The notes: generated by a model from the letters alone, not told the origin. A stretch of DNA of 64,000 nt from an uncultured delta proteobacterium (GCA_963713045.1 CAVQKE010000003.1:64001-128000); one strand, 5' to 3'. Shown: positions 41,774-51,746, counted from the stretch's first letter. Made by a program: numbers and translations.

Positions 41774-43714
41774 ATGAGCAAGAAACTCGGCGAGCGGCTG
41801 GTGGAGGCAGGGCTTATTTCCGCGGCCGCGGTGGACCAGGCGCTGGAGCAACAGCGTCTGACGGGACACCGCCTCGGCGACTGCCTCGTGGAAATGGGCT
41901 TTCTGCCCGAGGCCACGCTGCTTCGTTTCCTCGCCTCCGAATTTAAGACGCGCTACGTCTCCGCCGAGAAGCTGTCGCGAGCGCAAATCCCCACCGAGCT
42001 GTTGGACCGCGTGCCGGTCCGGATGGCCGAGGCCAGCCTCTTCCTCCCGCTGGCCGTGGACAATGAGCGGCGCATCCTCTCCATCGTCGCCGCCGAGCCG
42101 CAGAACGAGGACTTGCTGCGCGAGATTGCCTTGGTGGCCGAGGTGGATGAAGTCTTCGCCTATGTCGGGCTGCGCAGCGTCATCTACGCCGGCATCCAGA
42201 AGCACTACTACGGCGACACCACCGCCTTTCAACAGCTGGCCACGGGAGCTCTCCGGGCGCCGGTGGCGGCACGCACCGACTTGGCGAGCATCGCCCAGGC
42301 CTACGAGGCCAGCGGCAGCAACCGGACGGCTCCTCCGCCGGTCCGGCTGAGGCTTCGAGGAGAGAGCAGCCAGGCCAAGCTGCCCCACACCGCGGTGCGC
42401 GGAAGACGGGAGTCGGCGAGTGCCCTCGTCTCCTCGCGGGGCGCGGTGGGCGAGAATGATTACCTGGAGACGCTGCGGATTTTGGTCGACCAACTGGAGA
42501 AGGACCGCGGCGACTTGCGCGGGCACTCCGCGCAGCTGGCGCGGCAGTGCGCCCTGGTCGCGCTGCGGATGGCACTCCCCGCCCGGGAGGTGGCCTGCGT
42601 CGCGCTGGCCGCCTTTGTCCATGACATCGGAAAGGGCGCCATCCACCTCACTCTGGCCGGCACTTCCCGCAACCCAGAGTGGAAGGCCCAAGCCAAGCAG
42701 CTGGTGCGTGCACCGCTGCAGCTTTTCGAGTCGGTGCACCTGCCGGCACAAGCCAACGCGGCATTGGCTCAAATGTACGAGGCGTTCGATGGCTCGGGCG
42801 TTCCCCAGGGGGTACGGGGGGAGGACATTTCGGTTGCCGCTCGCATTCTGGCCGCCGTCGACGGCTACCTCGACCTCACCCGGAATTCAGCCAACACCCA
42901 CGGGCGACGCTTCACCCGTGACCAAGCCCTGAACCACCTCGCCGAGCAGGCCGGCGTCCTGTACGACCCGCGGGTGGTGCAGACGCTGGAGCAGCTGCTG
43001 TCCGGAGAGCTGCTGCGGCGCCGACTGGAAGCCGATGGTCGGATGGTGCTGCTGGCTGAACCGGACACCGCAACCCGGGATGTGCTGGTCCAGGCCCTGG
43101 AACAGCGAGGGATGGTGGTGCAGGCCTGCAGCGCGCTCGAGACGGTGGCCGACGCCGCGCTCGGCGGGGAGGGCGACGTGTGGATTCTCAGCGCCAGCTT
43201 CGGAGGCCCCGACTTGCTCGACCTGGTGGGCCAGGTGCGGGCGCAGCCGGCCCTGGCCGGACTTCCAGTCGTCATCACCGGTGAGCCGGAGGCCACCCTG
43301 CGCGAGCGACTCCTCCAGGCCGGCACGACGGTGGTGGTGCCGGCCGAGAGCGCCAGCGAGGTGGCTTTCCGCGTGTCGGAACTCTTCCAGGACCGCGTCA
43401 GCCACGGTGGCCCGGCGCACTCGGTGTGGGGCACCTTCGAGGAGCTCGAGACGCGCCAGGTGCTGCGCGTCCTCGGCGACGGGCGCAAGAGCGGCCGTCT
43501 TACGCTGCGTGACGAGCAATCCGAGGGCTACGTGCACCTTGAGCGCGGCCGCGTCACTTACGCCGCACTCGACGAGAGGCGCGGTGAGGACGCACTGGGT
43601 GCGCTTCTCAAGGCGCGCGCCGCCGAATTCAACTATGAGCCGGACGCCCTGCTGCTGGAAGTCCCTCAGTTGGACACGGATGTGGAGCTGGTGCTGAGGG
43701 CCCTCGAGGCCTGA
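41774..43714 (+). CDS. MshEN/GSPII_N + degenerate HD-GYP + REC-like + DUF4388 signalling protein
   Basis: Tandem KLGERLVEAGL...ALEQQ and RLGDCLVEMGF, then HDIGK, YEAFDGSGVP, ARILAAVD and a C-terminal KSGRLTL...ERGRV domain. Confidence 0.8.
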   Translation: MSKKLGERLVEAGLISAAAVDQALEQQRLTGHRLGDCLVEMGFLPEATLLRFLASEFKTRYVSAEKLSRAQIPTELLDRVPVRMAEASLFLPLAVDNERRILSIVAAEPQNEDLLREIALVAEVDEVFAYVGLRSVIYAGIQKHYYGDTTAFQQLATGALRAPVAARTDLASIAQAYEASGSNRTAPPPVRLRLRGESSQAKLPHTAVRGRRESASALVSSRGAVGENDYLETLRILVDQLEKDRGDLRGHSAQLARQCALVALRMALPAREVACVALAAFVHDIGKGAIHLTLAGTSRNPEWKAQAKQLVRAPLQLFESVHLPAQANAALAQMYEAFDGSGVPQGVRGEDISVAARILAAVDGYLDLTRNSANTHGRRFTRDQALNHLAEQAGVLYDPRVVQTLEQLLSGELLRRRLEADGRMVLLAEPDTATRDVLVQALEQRGMVVQACSALETVADAALGGEGDVWILSASFGGPDLLDLVGQVRAQPALAGLPVVITGEPEATLRERLLQAGTTVVVPAESASEVAFRVSELFQDRVSHGGPAHSVWGTFEELETRQVLRVLGDGRKSGRLTLRDEQSEGYVHLERGRVTYAALDERRGEDALGALLKARAAEFNYEPDALLLEVPQLDTDVELVLRALEA

Positions 43715-43735
43715 GCCGCCTTCCGCGGCCCTCGT

Positions 43736-44512
43736 CTAGCGCAGGACGAAGCCAAACAGCCGGGCCGCGTTGGCACTGGTGGCCTCGGCCAGCCTGTCCA
43801 CGGGCAGCCCCTTCAACTCGGCCACGCGCTGGGCCGTCTGTACGACGAAGGCGGGCTCGTTTTTCTTTCCGCGGTACGGGACGGGAGCCAGGTAGGGGCT
43901 GTCGGTCTCCACCATCAGCCGCTCCACCGGCGCAAAGCGCACCGCCTCGGCCAGGGCCTCCGTCTTCTTGTAGGTGACGACGCCGGACAGCGAGAGGTGG
44001 AAGCCCAAGTCCAGGTACTGGCGGGCTGCAGCGACGTCGCCGGTGAAGCAGTGGATGACGCCCTGAGAAACGCCCTCCGCGGCGAGGATGGCCAGGCACT
44101 CCGGGTGTGCGTCGCGGACGTGCACCACCAGGGGCTTGCCCAGCGCCTTGGCCAGCGCGGCTTGAAGGCCGAAGACGCGGGCCTGTGTCGGCCGGGGGGA
44201 GCGGTCGTAGTAGTAGTCCAGTCCGGCCTCCCCCACCGCGGCCACGTCGGCACGGGCCGCGAGCTGGGCCAGCTCATCCAAGTCCTCGGGCCTTGCCCGA
44301 GCCGCTTCGTGGGGGTGAATCCCCAGTGTGGCCACCAGCTGGCTGGGACGGGCCGCGGCCACGGCGCGGGCCTGGCCCCAGTCCCCGGGTCCGTGGAATT
44401 GCCCAATGACGACAGCCTGGACGACGCCGGCAGCCGCCGCGCGGGCCAGCACCGCGTCCACGTCCGCAAAGTCCGCCGCCTCGAGGTGGCAGTGGGAGTC
44501 CACCAGTTTCAA
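43736..44512 (-). CDS. tatD: TatD-family hydrolase
   Basis: DSHCH, GIHPHEA, VGEAGLDYYY, VVHVRDAH, HCFTG and ETDSPYLAP. Confidence 0.93.
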   Translation of the reverse strand: MKLVDSHCHLEAADFADVDAVLARAAAAGVVQAVVIGQFHGPGDWGQARAVAAARPSQLVATLGIHPHEAARARPEDLDELAQLAARADVAAVGEAGLDYYYDRSPRPTQARVFGLQAALAKALGKPLVVHVRDAHPECLAILAAEGVSQGVIHCFTGDVAAARQYLDLGFHLSLSGVVTYKKTEALAEAVRFAPVERLMVETDSPYLAPVPYRGKKNEPAFVVQTAQRVAELKGLPVDRLAEATSANAARLFGFVLR

Positions 44513-45480
44513 GAGAGTTCCTCGAGGAGGAGGCGCAGCTCCTCCCGCCCCTCCCTGCTGTGCATCGAAGGGAGAGCCCGCGCGAGCGCGTCCCGCGCCT
44601 CCGTCCCAAGAAGAAAGACCAGGCCCTCAGCGACGTCCAGGCGCGTCTCTTCGGCAACCGAGGGGTCCACCAGCAGTTGCTTCAGCACCGCCTCGGCGCG
44701 TGCCGAGCCGAGCCGTCCGAGGGCCCGGGCGGCGGCGCCCCGGGCTTTGTCCGCCGCGTCAGCGAGGATGGCGAGCAGCGGCCCTTCGGCTTCTTGCAAC
44801 GCCGCCTCGCCGCACAGCTCTGCCGCCAGCGGCCGGTCCAATGCGCCGCGCCGGCGCAGGCGGGACAAGAGGTAGTGGCGCCCTTCGCTATCGCCGAAGA
44901 GGGCCAGCGCGCCGGCGGCCTGGGTACGTTCAAAGGCGTTGAGGAACCAGCGGGTGAAGAGGCGGCGCAACGGTACCAGCGCGCGGCTGTCGCCCAACTC
45001 GGCCAGGGCCCCGATGGCCCGGAAGCGTAAGGCTGGGCTGTCCAGCCCTTCGGCCAGGACGTCGAGGCCGGCCGGATGGCGGATGGCGGCCAGGCCGCGT
45101 GCCGCCTCGAAGCGGACGAGAAAGGCCGCATCCTCCAAGGCCGCGGCGAGCAGGGGCCGCAGCCCGGCACTGGCCACGTCAGCCAGTTGCCCAACCGCTT
45201 CGAGGCGCACCGAGGGCGAACTGTCGCGAAGGGCCGGCGCCAGCAAAGCGGCGAGCCCGTCCGGGGGCCCCGGCTGTAGCGCCAGCAGCGCCACCCCGGC
45301 GCGACGCACTTCTGCGTCCGCGTCTAAGAGGAGCGTCCGCGCCGTGGGGGCCCAGTCCGCCGGCGCCTCGCTGGCGCGGGCCACCTGCACCAGCCGGGCG
45401 GCAGCCTCTCGACGCACCGAGGGCGGCCCGGGTTGGGCCAGCGCCCGCAGCGCACCGTCTGCCGAGCCGGCGGTGCTCAT
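44509..45480 (-). CDS. HEAT-repeat protein
   Basis: Repeated L..D....VR..A...L units. 4-nt overlaps with metG and tatD. Confidence 0.8.
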   Translation of the reverse strand: MSTAGSADGALRALAQPGPPSVRREAAARLVQVARASEAPADWAPTARTLLLDADAEVRRAGVALLALQPGPPDGLAALLAPALRDSSPSVRLEAVGQLADVASAGLRPLLAAALEDAAFLVRFEAARGLAAIRHPAGLDVLAEGLDSPALRFRAIGALAELGDSRALVPLRRLFTRWFLNAFERTQAAGALALFGDSEGRHYLLSRLRRRGALDRPLAAELCGEAALQEAEGPLLAILADAADKARGAAARALGRLGSARAEAVLKQLLVDPSVAEETRLDVAEGLVFLLGTEARDALARALPSMHSREGREELRLLLEELS

Positions 45481-47516
45481 CGCACCTCGCTTCCGGGAGG
45501 CAAGTCACCGGGGTCCACCAGCCGCAGCCCGGCGCCCCCTGGGCCACCGGCCAGCAGCATGCCCTGGGAGAGGATGCCGCGGATGGTGCGCGGGGCGAGG
45601 TTGGCCACCACCACCACCCGGCGCCCCACCACCGCCTCCGGCGCATAGGCCTCAGCAATGCCCGCGGCAATGGTGCGGGGCACGGCCTCCCCGATGTCCA
45701 CCGTCAATTTCAGCAGTTTGTCCGCTTTGGGGACGCGCTCGGCAGCACGCACCACGCCCACCCGAAGCGCCACCCGGGCGAAGTCTTCGGCGGAGAGGGT
45801 GCCCGCGACGGGCTGGTGCGTGGGCGGGGCCCCGGTTGCCGCGGACGGGGCCGGGGCGCTGGACTCGGGCACAACCAGGGCCTTCACCTGGGCTTCCTCC
45901 ATCCTCGGCAGCAGCGGCGCGGGCGTCCCAATGGGCACCCCGCGGTTCAGCAGTGGGTAGCTGGACCGTTCAAGCCGGGCGAAAGTCAGAGGCTCGGCCT
46001 GCAGCTGCTGAAACAGTTGGCTGGCCACCTTCGGGACGACTGGCTGCAGAAGGCCGGCCACCAAGTACGCCACTTCGGCCGCGTCGGACAGGTCCCGGCG
46101 GGCCATCTCCGGCTCGCTCTTCACCTTTCCCCAGGGGGCGCGGCTTTGCAGAAACTGGTTGGCACTCTGCGAGATTTCGGCTGCTCCGCGGACGGCCGTC
46201 CGAAAGTCGTACCTCTCGTACGCGGCCCGCACTTCGCCCGCCTTTCGAAGCGCGTCCTCCACCAGCGTCTGGCCAGGACCAGGCCCCGCGGGCGCAAGCC
46301 GATGGCCCAACGGGCCGGCCAGCAGCGACAGCACCCGGTTGGCGAGGTTGCAGAAGTTGTTCACCAGCTCTGCGTTGACGCGCTGGCGGAACTCCGTGAG
46401 GGACAAGTCAAAGTCCTCCGGGTTCGGCCCCAGGTTGCTGGCGAAGAAGTACCGGAGGTAGGCCGGGTCGAGGAGGTCCAGGTAGGTGCGCGCGGTGATG
46501 AAGGTGCCCCGCGTTTTGGACATCTTGGTCCCGTCGACGGTGAGGTGGCCGTGCACCACCAAGCGGCTGGGTACCTTGAGATGCGCCACCTTCAGCACCG
46601 CCGGCCAGAAGAGGGCGTGGAAGTAGACAATGTCCTTGCCGATGACGTGGATGATGTCGGCGTCGGCATCCTCCGCCCAGTAGGCGAGTGCATTCGCGGC
46701 GCGTCCTGAGTCCTTGGCCCACTTCTCGGTGGTGGCGATGTAGCCGATGGGAGCGTCCAGCCAGACGTAGAAGAATTTGTTCGTCTCTCCCGGGATGGGG
46801 AAGCCGAAGTAGGGTCCTTCGCGGCTGATGTCCCAGTCGTTGAGTCCTTGGTCGAAGAAGGCCTGCAGCTGGTTGGCCACCGCCGGGTGAAGAAAAGAAG
46901 GGTTGCGGATGAGCTGCTGCAGCCAGGCCTGCTGGGTGGAGAGCCGGAAGAAGAGGTGCTCCGAGCCGCGGCGCACGGGCGGCGTGCCACACAGCGCGCA
47001 GTGCGGGTCGAGCAAGTCGGCCGGGGTATACGTCTTGCCGCACACCTCGCACACGTCGCCGTACTGGTCAGGGCTGAAACAGTTGGGGCAAGTGCCGCGA
47101 ACGAAGCGGTCCGGGAGGAAGCGGCGGTCCACCTCGCAGTACGTCTGCTCCACCGAGCGCCGGGCAATGTCCCCGGCGTCCTTCAGCCGACCGTAGATGA
47201 GGTCGGCGTAGGCCCGATTCTCGGGCGAATGGGTGGTGTAGAAGGCGTCGAGGGCGATGTCCAAGTCGGCGAAGTCCCGACGGTGCTGTTCCCAGAAGGT
47301 GGCGACGTATTCCTCGGGAGGAATGCCTTCGCGAGCGGCGCTCAACTCGATGGGCGTGCCGTGGGTGTCATCGGCGCAGACGTACAGCACCTCGCGCCCG
47401 GTGGACCTCAGGAAACGGACGAGGATGTCGGTCTGGACGTACTCCACCACGTGGCCGAGGTGCAGCGGGCCATTGGCGTACGGCAGGGCGCTGGTGACGA
47501 GGGTTTTTCTAGGCAT
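45477..47516 (-). CDS. metG: Methionine--tRNA ligase
   Basis: ALPYANGPLHLGH, Zn-knuckle CxxC motifs, KMSKT and a C-terminal tRNA-binding OB domain. Confidence 0.97.
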   Translation of the reverse strand: MPRKTLVTSALPYANGPLHLGHVVEYVQTDILVRFLRSTGREVLYVCADDTHGTPIELSAAREGIPPEEYVATFWEQHRRDFADLDIALDAFYTTHSPENRAYADLIYGRLKDAGDIARRSVEQTYCEVDRRFLPDRFVRGTCPNCFSPDQYGDVCEVCGKTYTPADLLDPHCALCGTPPVRRGSEHLFFRLSTQQAWLQQLIRNPSFLHPAVANQLQAFFDQGLNDWDISREGPYFGFPIPGETNKFFYVWLDAPIGYIATTEKWAKDSGRAANALAYWAEDADADIIHVIGKDIVYFHALFWPAVLKVAHLKVPSRLVVHGHLTVDGTKMSKTRGTFITARTYLDLLDPAYLRYFFASNLGPNPEDFDLSLTEFRQRVNAELVNNFCNLANRVLSLLAGPLGHRLAPAGPGPGQTLVEDALRKAGEVRAAYERYDFRTAVRGAAEISQSANQFLQSRAPWGKVKSEPEMARRDLSDAAEVAYLVAGLLQPVVPKVASQLFQQLQAEPLTFARLERSSYPLLNRGVPIGTPAPLLPRMEEAQVKALVVPESSAPAPSAATGAPPTHQPVAGTLSAEDFARVALRVGVVRAAERVPKADKLLKLTVDIGEAVPRTIAAGIAEAYAPEAVVGRRVVVVANLAPRTIRGILSQGMLLAGGPGGAGLRLVDPGDLPPGSEVR

Positions 47517-47564
47517 TGCGCAGCGAGCCGCACCCTGGGTTGACCCGGGTGAGGGTCGCGCACT

Positions 47565-48053
47565 CTAGCGGCCGTCCTTCTCCCGTGCCATCTCCCGCAT
47601 TTGCTGGGGCAGTCGTGCCATGGCCAGGGCCAGCCGAGCCTTTTGTTGCGGCGGCAGCCCGGCGGACAGCTCGGCAAAGAGGTCTCGGTCCAGTTGCTCG
47701 AGTTGAGCGCGCAGGGCGAGCACCTTCTGGATGGCGCCGTCCACCTGGGCGAAGGCAGTGGTGTCCCCCTTGGCCGCGCGGCGCAGCACCACCGTTTGCT
47801 CCATCAGCTCGCGGTGGATGGGGGCGCGTTTCTCTTCAAAGTGGCTGAGCCGAGTGCGTAGCTTCAACGTGGCCGCATCATCGAGTTCCAGCGCGTCGGC
47901 GATGGCCAGCGTCCGCATCAGCTGGGCGCGCTTCTGCCACTGCTCGGCGGCCGGACCCGGGCCCTGGCCCGGGGGCGGAGGGGGAGGACCGCCCTGGGCC
48001 CAGAGTCTGCCCGCCGCGAGCAGCGCCACCAGCACCGTGCCTGTCTTCCTCAT
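47565..48053 (-). CDS. Spy/CpxP/ZraP-like periplasmic helical protein
   Basis: Signal peptide, helical body and an LPPQQKARL (LTxxQ-like) motif. Follows the anti-sigma gene. Confidence 0.65.
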   Translation of the reverse strand: MRKTGTVLVALLAAGRLWAQGGPPPPPPGQGPGPAAEQWQKRAQLMRTLAIADALELDDAATLKLRTRLSHFEEKRAPIHRELMEQTVVLRRAAKGDTTAFAQVDGAIQKVLALRAQLEQLDRDLFAELSAGLPPQQKARLALAMARLPQQMREMAREKDGR

Positions 48054-48583
48054 CCACTGTCTCCCAGGGCAAAGGCGCCGTCCCCCTCGAGTGCGAGCCC
48101 GTCCAGCAGCGGCGTGTCGTCGGCCGCGATGTCACTGTCGGTGGCCGCGGACTCTTCCAACTCCCAGCCAGTGGCCTCACTGCTGCCGGCAAGCGGCAGC
48201 CGCTGCGTGCTGGCCACGGTGGCCAGCGCAGTGACCGGCGAACGTGGGGCATGCCACAGCCAAAGGGGCAGCGCGGCCACCGCGAGAAGCCCGGCTGCGA
48301 CCAGCAGCCCTCGGGCACCTCGCCGCCGCGCTTGTTGACGTCGCCACGCGGCGAGGGTGCGCTCCGCCAGGCCGCGCAGCGCCGCCTCCTCTTTGAGGGT
48401 GGGGGGCGGAAGCGCGAGCAGCGAGAAGAGGGCCTGGTAGTCCTCGAACGCGGCCCGGCACTGCGCGCAGTGCGCGAGATGGCCCTCCAGCGTCGCCGCC
48501 TCCGCTGCTTCCAGCGGGCCGCTGGCTCGCTCCGCCAGCAGGGCGCTCACCTCGGCGCAGGTGGCAACGTCCTTGGGATTCAT
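48050..48583 (-). CDS. zf-HC2 anti-sigma factor
   Basis: C...HLAHCAQC (HxxxCxxC) and one TM helix. 4-nt overlap with the sigma gene. Confidence 0.85.
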   Translation of the reverse strand: MNPKDVATCAEVSALLAERASGPLEAAEAATLEGHLAHCAQCRAAFEDYQALFSLLALPPPTLKEEAALRGLAERTLAAWRRQQARRRGARGLLVAAGLLAVAALPLWLWHAPRSPVTALATVASTQRLPLAGSSEATGWELEESAATDSDIAADDTPLLDGLALEGDGAFALGDSG

Positions 48584-49242
48584 TCGTCGCCTCCTTCCAA
48601 GGCCGCCTTCAGACGCTTCACGGCGTGGTGAAAGTGCACCTTGGCGTTGTTTTCTGTCATCCGCAGGGCCTGGGCGACTTCCCGGAAGGGCAGGCCGCCG
48701 TCGACGCGCAACGTCACCACTTCCCGCTGCCTGGCGGAGAGGCAAGCCATGGCGGTGCGCAGCTGGCGCCGCTGTTGGGCCCTCTCCAGCATGGCCGTCG
48801 CGTCCGGCCCTGTGGAAGGCACGTCCGTCAGCACCGCGGCGTCCTCCAGGCGCCAACGCCCGGCATCGCGGGCGTGGTTTTTTCCGACATTCACGGCAAT
48901 GCGGACCAGCCAGGCGCGGAACAGTCCAGGTTGCTCGGCATTTACCCGCGCCAGCGAGCGACGGGCGGCGGCAAACGCCCGAAGAAAGGCGCCCTGGGCC
49001 AAATCGGCGGTGTCTTCCGGCCGGGATGCGTAGCGGCGGACCAGCGCCTGCACCAGTCGCTGGTGTCGTCGCACCAGCTCGCCGAAGGCATGCGTTTCCC
49101 CGCGGAGGAAGGCGCGAAGCAAGGCTTCATCCGAGGCAGTGCCGCCTCCGGAAAGGACCTTCCATGTCCGCTCGGGCCGCCGCTTTCCTCCAGCAGCATC
49201 GCCACCTTCTGTCATGTGCATCGCCAGCATGCCGGATTCCAT
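48580..49242 (-). CDS. ECF RNA polymerase sigma factor
   Basis: AFGELVRRH, DLAQGAFLRA, FRAWLVRIAVN and LSARQREVV...EVAQAL...KVHFHHA. Confidence 0.9.
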   Translation of the reverse strand: MESGMLAMHMTEGGDAAGGKRRPERTWKVLSGGGTASDEALLRAFLRGETHAFGELVRRHQRLVQALVRRYASRPEDTADLAQGAFLRAFAAARRSLARVNAEQPGLFRAWLVRIAVNVGKNHARDAGRWRLEDAAVLTDVPSTGPDATAMLERAQQRRQLRTAMACLSARQREVVTLRVDGGLPFREVAQALRMTENNAKVHFHHAVKRLKAALEGGDE

Positions 49243-49270
49243 CGTAGAAAACCCCCCGGCCTCCAGGCGG

Positions 49271-50623
49271 TTAAGACACGGCCGGGCGTTGGGGGACAGA
49301 CGGGCCCCGCCCGGCAGGTGGGCACAGCGTCCACAGCAGCCGCTCCAGCACCAGCTTGCCGGCCCCCGAGGACTTGAGGGCGAGGTCCGCCTCGGCGCAG
49401 GCCAGCAGTGAGGCCCGCAGCTGGGCGCGTCCGTAGCGCGCACCGGCCACGGCGGCCAGGAAGGCCGCGTAGGGGTGAGGCACCCGCGCGCCGGCCGCCT
49501 TGGCTTCGCGCTCGACGGCCGGGAAGAGGCGCGCCTTGAAGTCATCGAAGCTTCGGGGCGGCCTGCCCGCAGAAAGATGCACCGTGCGCTCGTTCGCCTC
49601 CAACAGGCCTCGCACCACGGAGGCAATGGCCCCCAGCAGCAGCAGCGGCGGCGCGCCGCCGGCCAGCGCCTCTTCGACGTAGGCCAGCGCAGCGGGCAAG
49701 TCGCGCTTCTGCAGCGCGTCGGCCAGTTCTAGAAACTCCTCATCGCGGCTGTGGGCGACCAGCAGCTCCACTTCGGCCCGGGAAATCAGGGCGCCGGGGG
49801 CATGCAGGGCCAGCTTCTCCAACTCAGACTGCAGAAGGCGCATGTTGCCGCCGACGCGCTCTCGCAGCAGCTCCTCGGCGCCCGGCCCAAGCCGCTTCTG
49901 GAAGGGGCGGAGGAAGTCGCCTGCCAGCCGGGAGAGGTCCAGGTCCTTCAGGCGGTTTGCAAGCTTCCTCTCCACCAGGGCGCCACCTTCCCGGGCCAGG
50001 CGCAGCAGCGGGCTCTTCGCCTCGACGTCCGTGGCCACCACCACCAAGGCATGTCCCTTGGGAAGGCCTCGCTCGAGCAGCGTCCAGAGGGCCGAGGCGT
50101 CCGACTCGGGTGCAGTCAGCTTTTCCTCGCGAACGAAGGCGGCCACCTCGCGGAGGAAGTCGAGGTCGTTGTCCGCCAGGGTGACGGAGAGGTCCTCCCT
50201 CCAGGCCTCAGCCGTCGGGGCGCCGGGTTGTCCGGGCTCGAGGGCCTCCGGCCCCCAGCCGGCGCGGGCGACCAGCGCGAGGAGCCGGCGCCCGGCTTCC
50301 TTCCGCCGCCCCGCCTTCCAAGCCTCGCGTGCCTTGGCCAGGGCGTCCGCCCGGCCCTTTTTGGGCGCGAGGAATTCCGGGTCGCGGAGGAGCACCACCT
50401 TGTTGCCAGAAAGCAAGGGCAAGGTGGCCAACTCCGTCGCCACCTCGCGGGGGGAAGCGCCGTCCAGGACGGCCAGGTTGAGGGCGGCCAGGGGACCGGG
50501 CACCAGCGCCTCCACCAGGGCGTCCGCCTCCCGGCGGACGAGGTACTCCTCTCCCCAGAGGAGGTACAGCGGGCGGACGGTGCCGTTGCGAATCTCGTCC
50601 AGCAGCGAGGAAGCGTCCGTCAA
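49271..50623 (-). CDS. holA: DNA polymerase III delta subunit
   Basis: PLYLLWGEEYL, LLQSELEKLAL and ADLALKSS...LERL. Contains an internal insertion. Confidence 0.85.
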   Translation of the reverse strand: MTDASSLLDEIRNGTVRPLYLLWGEEYLVRREADALVEALVPGPLAALNLAVLDGASPREVATELATLPLLSGNKVVLLRDPEFLAPKKGRADALAKAREAWKAGRRKEAGRRLLALVARAGWGPEALEPGQPGAPTAEAWREDLSVTLADNDLDFLREVAAFVREEKLTAPESDASALWTLLERGLPKGHALVVVATDVEAKSPLLRLAREGGALVERKLANRLKDLDLSRLAGDFLRPFQKRLGPGAEELLRERVGGNMRLLQSELEKLALHAPGALISRAEVELLVAHSRDEEFLELADALQKRDLPAALAYVEEALAGGAPPLLLLGAIASVVRGLLEANERTVHLSAGRPPRSFDDFKARLFPAVEREAKAAGARVPHPYAAFLAAVAGARYGRAQLRASLLACAEADLALKSSGAGKLVLERLLWTLCPPAGRGPSVPQRPAVS

Positions 50624-51654
50624 GGGGGCTCGCCTTCTGACATGGCCAAGGCCAGCCGCTCCAGCTGCAACCTCGGGCTGGCATTGCGCTTCTGGATGGC
50701 CACCAGCGCCTCGTCCAACAGGCGGAACCGCAGGTGCAGCCGGTCCTCATCCAAGCGTGCGGCCGCTGCCGTGGCCAAGCTGCGCAGCTCGGGGTGGAAG
50801 AGGTGTGCTTCGGCAAACGGCGCCACCGCCACGTCGCGCACCCACATCACCAGCACCCCCAGTGCCTCCTCCGCCTCCTCTCGGGACGTTCCAGCCACCT
50901 CGGCAAAGCGCAGCGCGGTGCGGAAGTCTCTGGCGGTCACCGCCTCGAAGGCGCGAATGGTGGCCCGGCGCCGCTCCAGTTGCTGTGGGTCCAGGGCCAG
51001 CGCCCGCTCCAGGCTGCCGGCGGCCAGGGCTGCCACCGCCTCGGCCTGGGCCTCGTCCAGTCCCCGGGCCTGCCGCAGGTGGGCTGCCACCAGGGCCTGG
51101 CTGAGGGGGGCGAAGGGGTAGCGCACGCAGCGGCTGCGCAGCGTGGGCAGCAAGCGGTCCGGGGCAGACGTCACCAGCACCAGGGTGGTGTTGCTGGGCG
51201 GCTCCTCCAGCGTCTTGAGAAAGGCATTCTGGGCGGATGGGTTTAACGCCTCGGCCGACGGCACCAGCACCACCTTGCGCGGCGATTCGAGTCCTCGCAG
51301 CGCCAGCCTTTGCTGAAGCTGTCGCACCTGCTCCACCCGGACGTCGCGTGAAGGCACGTGCGTGAAGTCACTGCGGCCGGCCAGCCGGCGTCGCACCTGC
51401 TCCTCTTCGGGCAGCAGCAGCAGGACGTCGGGGTGGGCGAAGCGCTGCACCCGCTGGCACACCGAGCAGGTCCCGCAGCCCTCCAGTGGCGCCTGTGGGC
51501 ACAGCAGGGCCTGGGCCAGCCCGACTGCGGTCAGCTCCTTGCCCACCCCGGCCGGCCCGGTGAAGAGGCAGGCGTGGGCGAGTGCACCTTGCCTCAGGGC
51601 GCTGCGCAGCGCCTCCACTGCCCGAGCCTGTCCCTGCACCGCCGCCAGCGTCAT
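50620..51654 (-). CDS. holB: DNA polymerase III delta-prime subunit
   Basis: LFTGPAGVGK, CGTCSVC, HPD, NAFLKTLEEPP and LPTLRSRC. Confidence 0.93.
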   Translation of the reverse strand: MTLAAVQGQARAVEALRSALRQGALAHACLFTGPAGVGKELTAVGLAQALLCPQAPLEGCGTCSVCQRVQRFAHPDVLLLLPEEEQVRRRLAGRSDFTHVPSRDVRVEQVRQLQQRLALRGLESPRKVVLVPSAEALNPSAQNAFLKTLEEPPSNTTLVLVTSAPDRLLPTLRSRCVRYPFAPLSQALVAAHLRQARGLDEAQAEAVAALAAGSLERALALDPQQLERRRATIRAFEAVTARDFRTALRFAEVAGTSREEAEEALGVLVMWVRDVAVAPFAEAHLFHPELRSLATAAAARLDEDRLHLRFRLLDEALVAIQKRNASPRLQLERLALAMSEGEPP

Positions 51655-51686
51655 TGCCGACTGTTGTCATGCGGCCCGAGTGCCCG

Positions 51687-51709
51687 TACGTCAAGCATCG
51701 CTTGACGTA
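51687..51709. promoter_or_regulatory. Palindrome with back-to-back TTGACG -35-like boxes between divergent holB and mscS
   Basis: TACGTCAAGC-ATC-GCTTGACGTA, a perfect 10-bp inverted repeat. Confidence 0.55.
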
Positions 51710-51746
51710 GCACGACGGTGCGCCTGATTCTGCCAAGCGCCCACCC

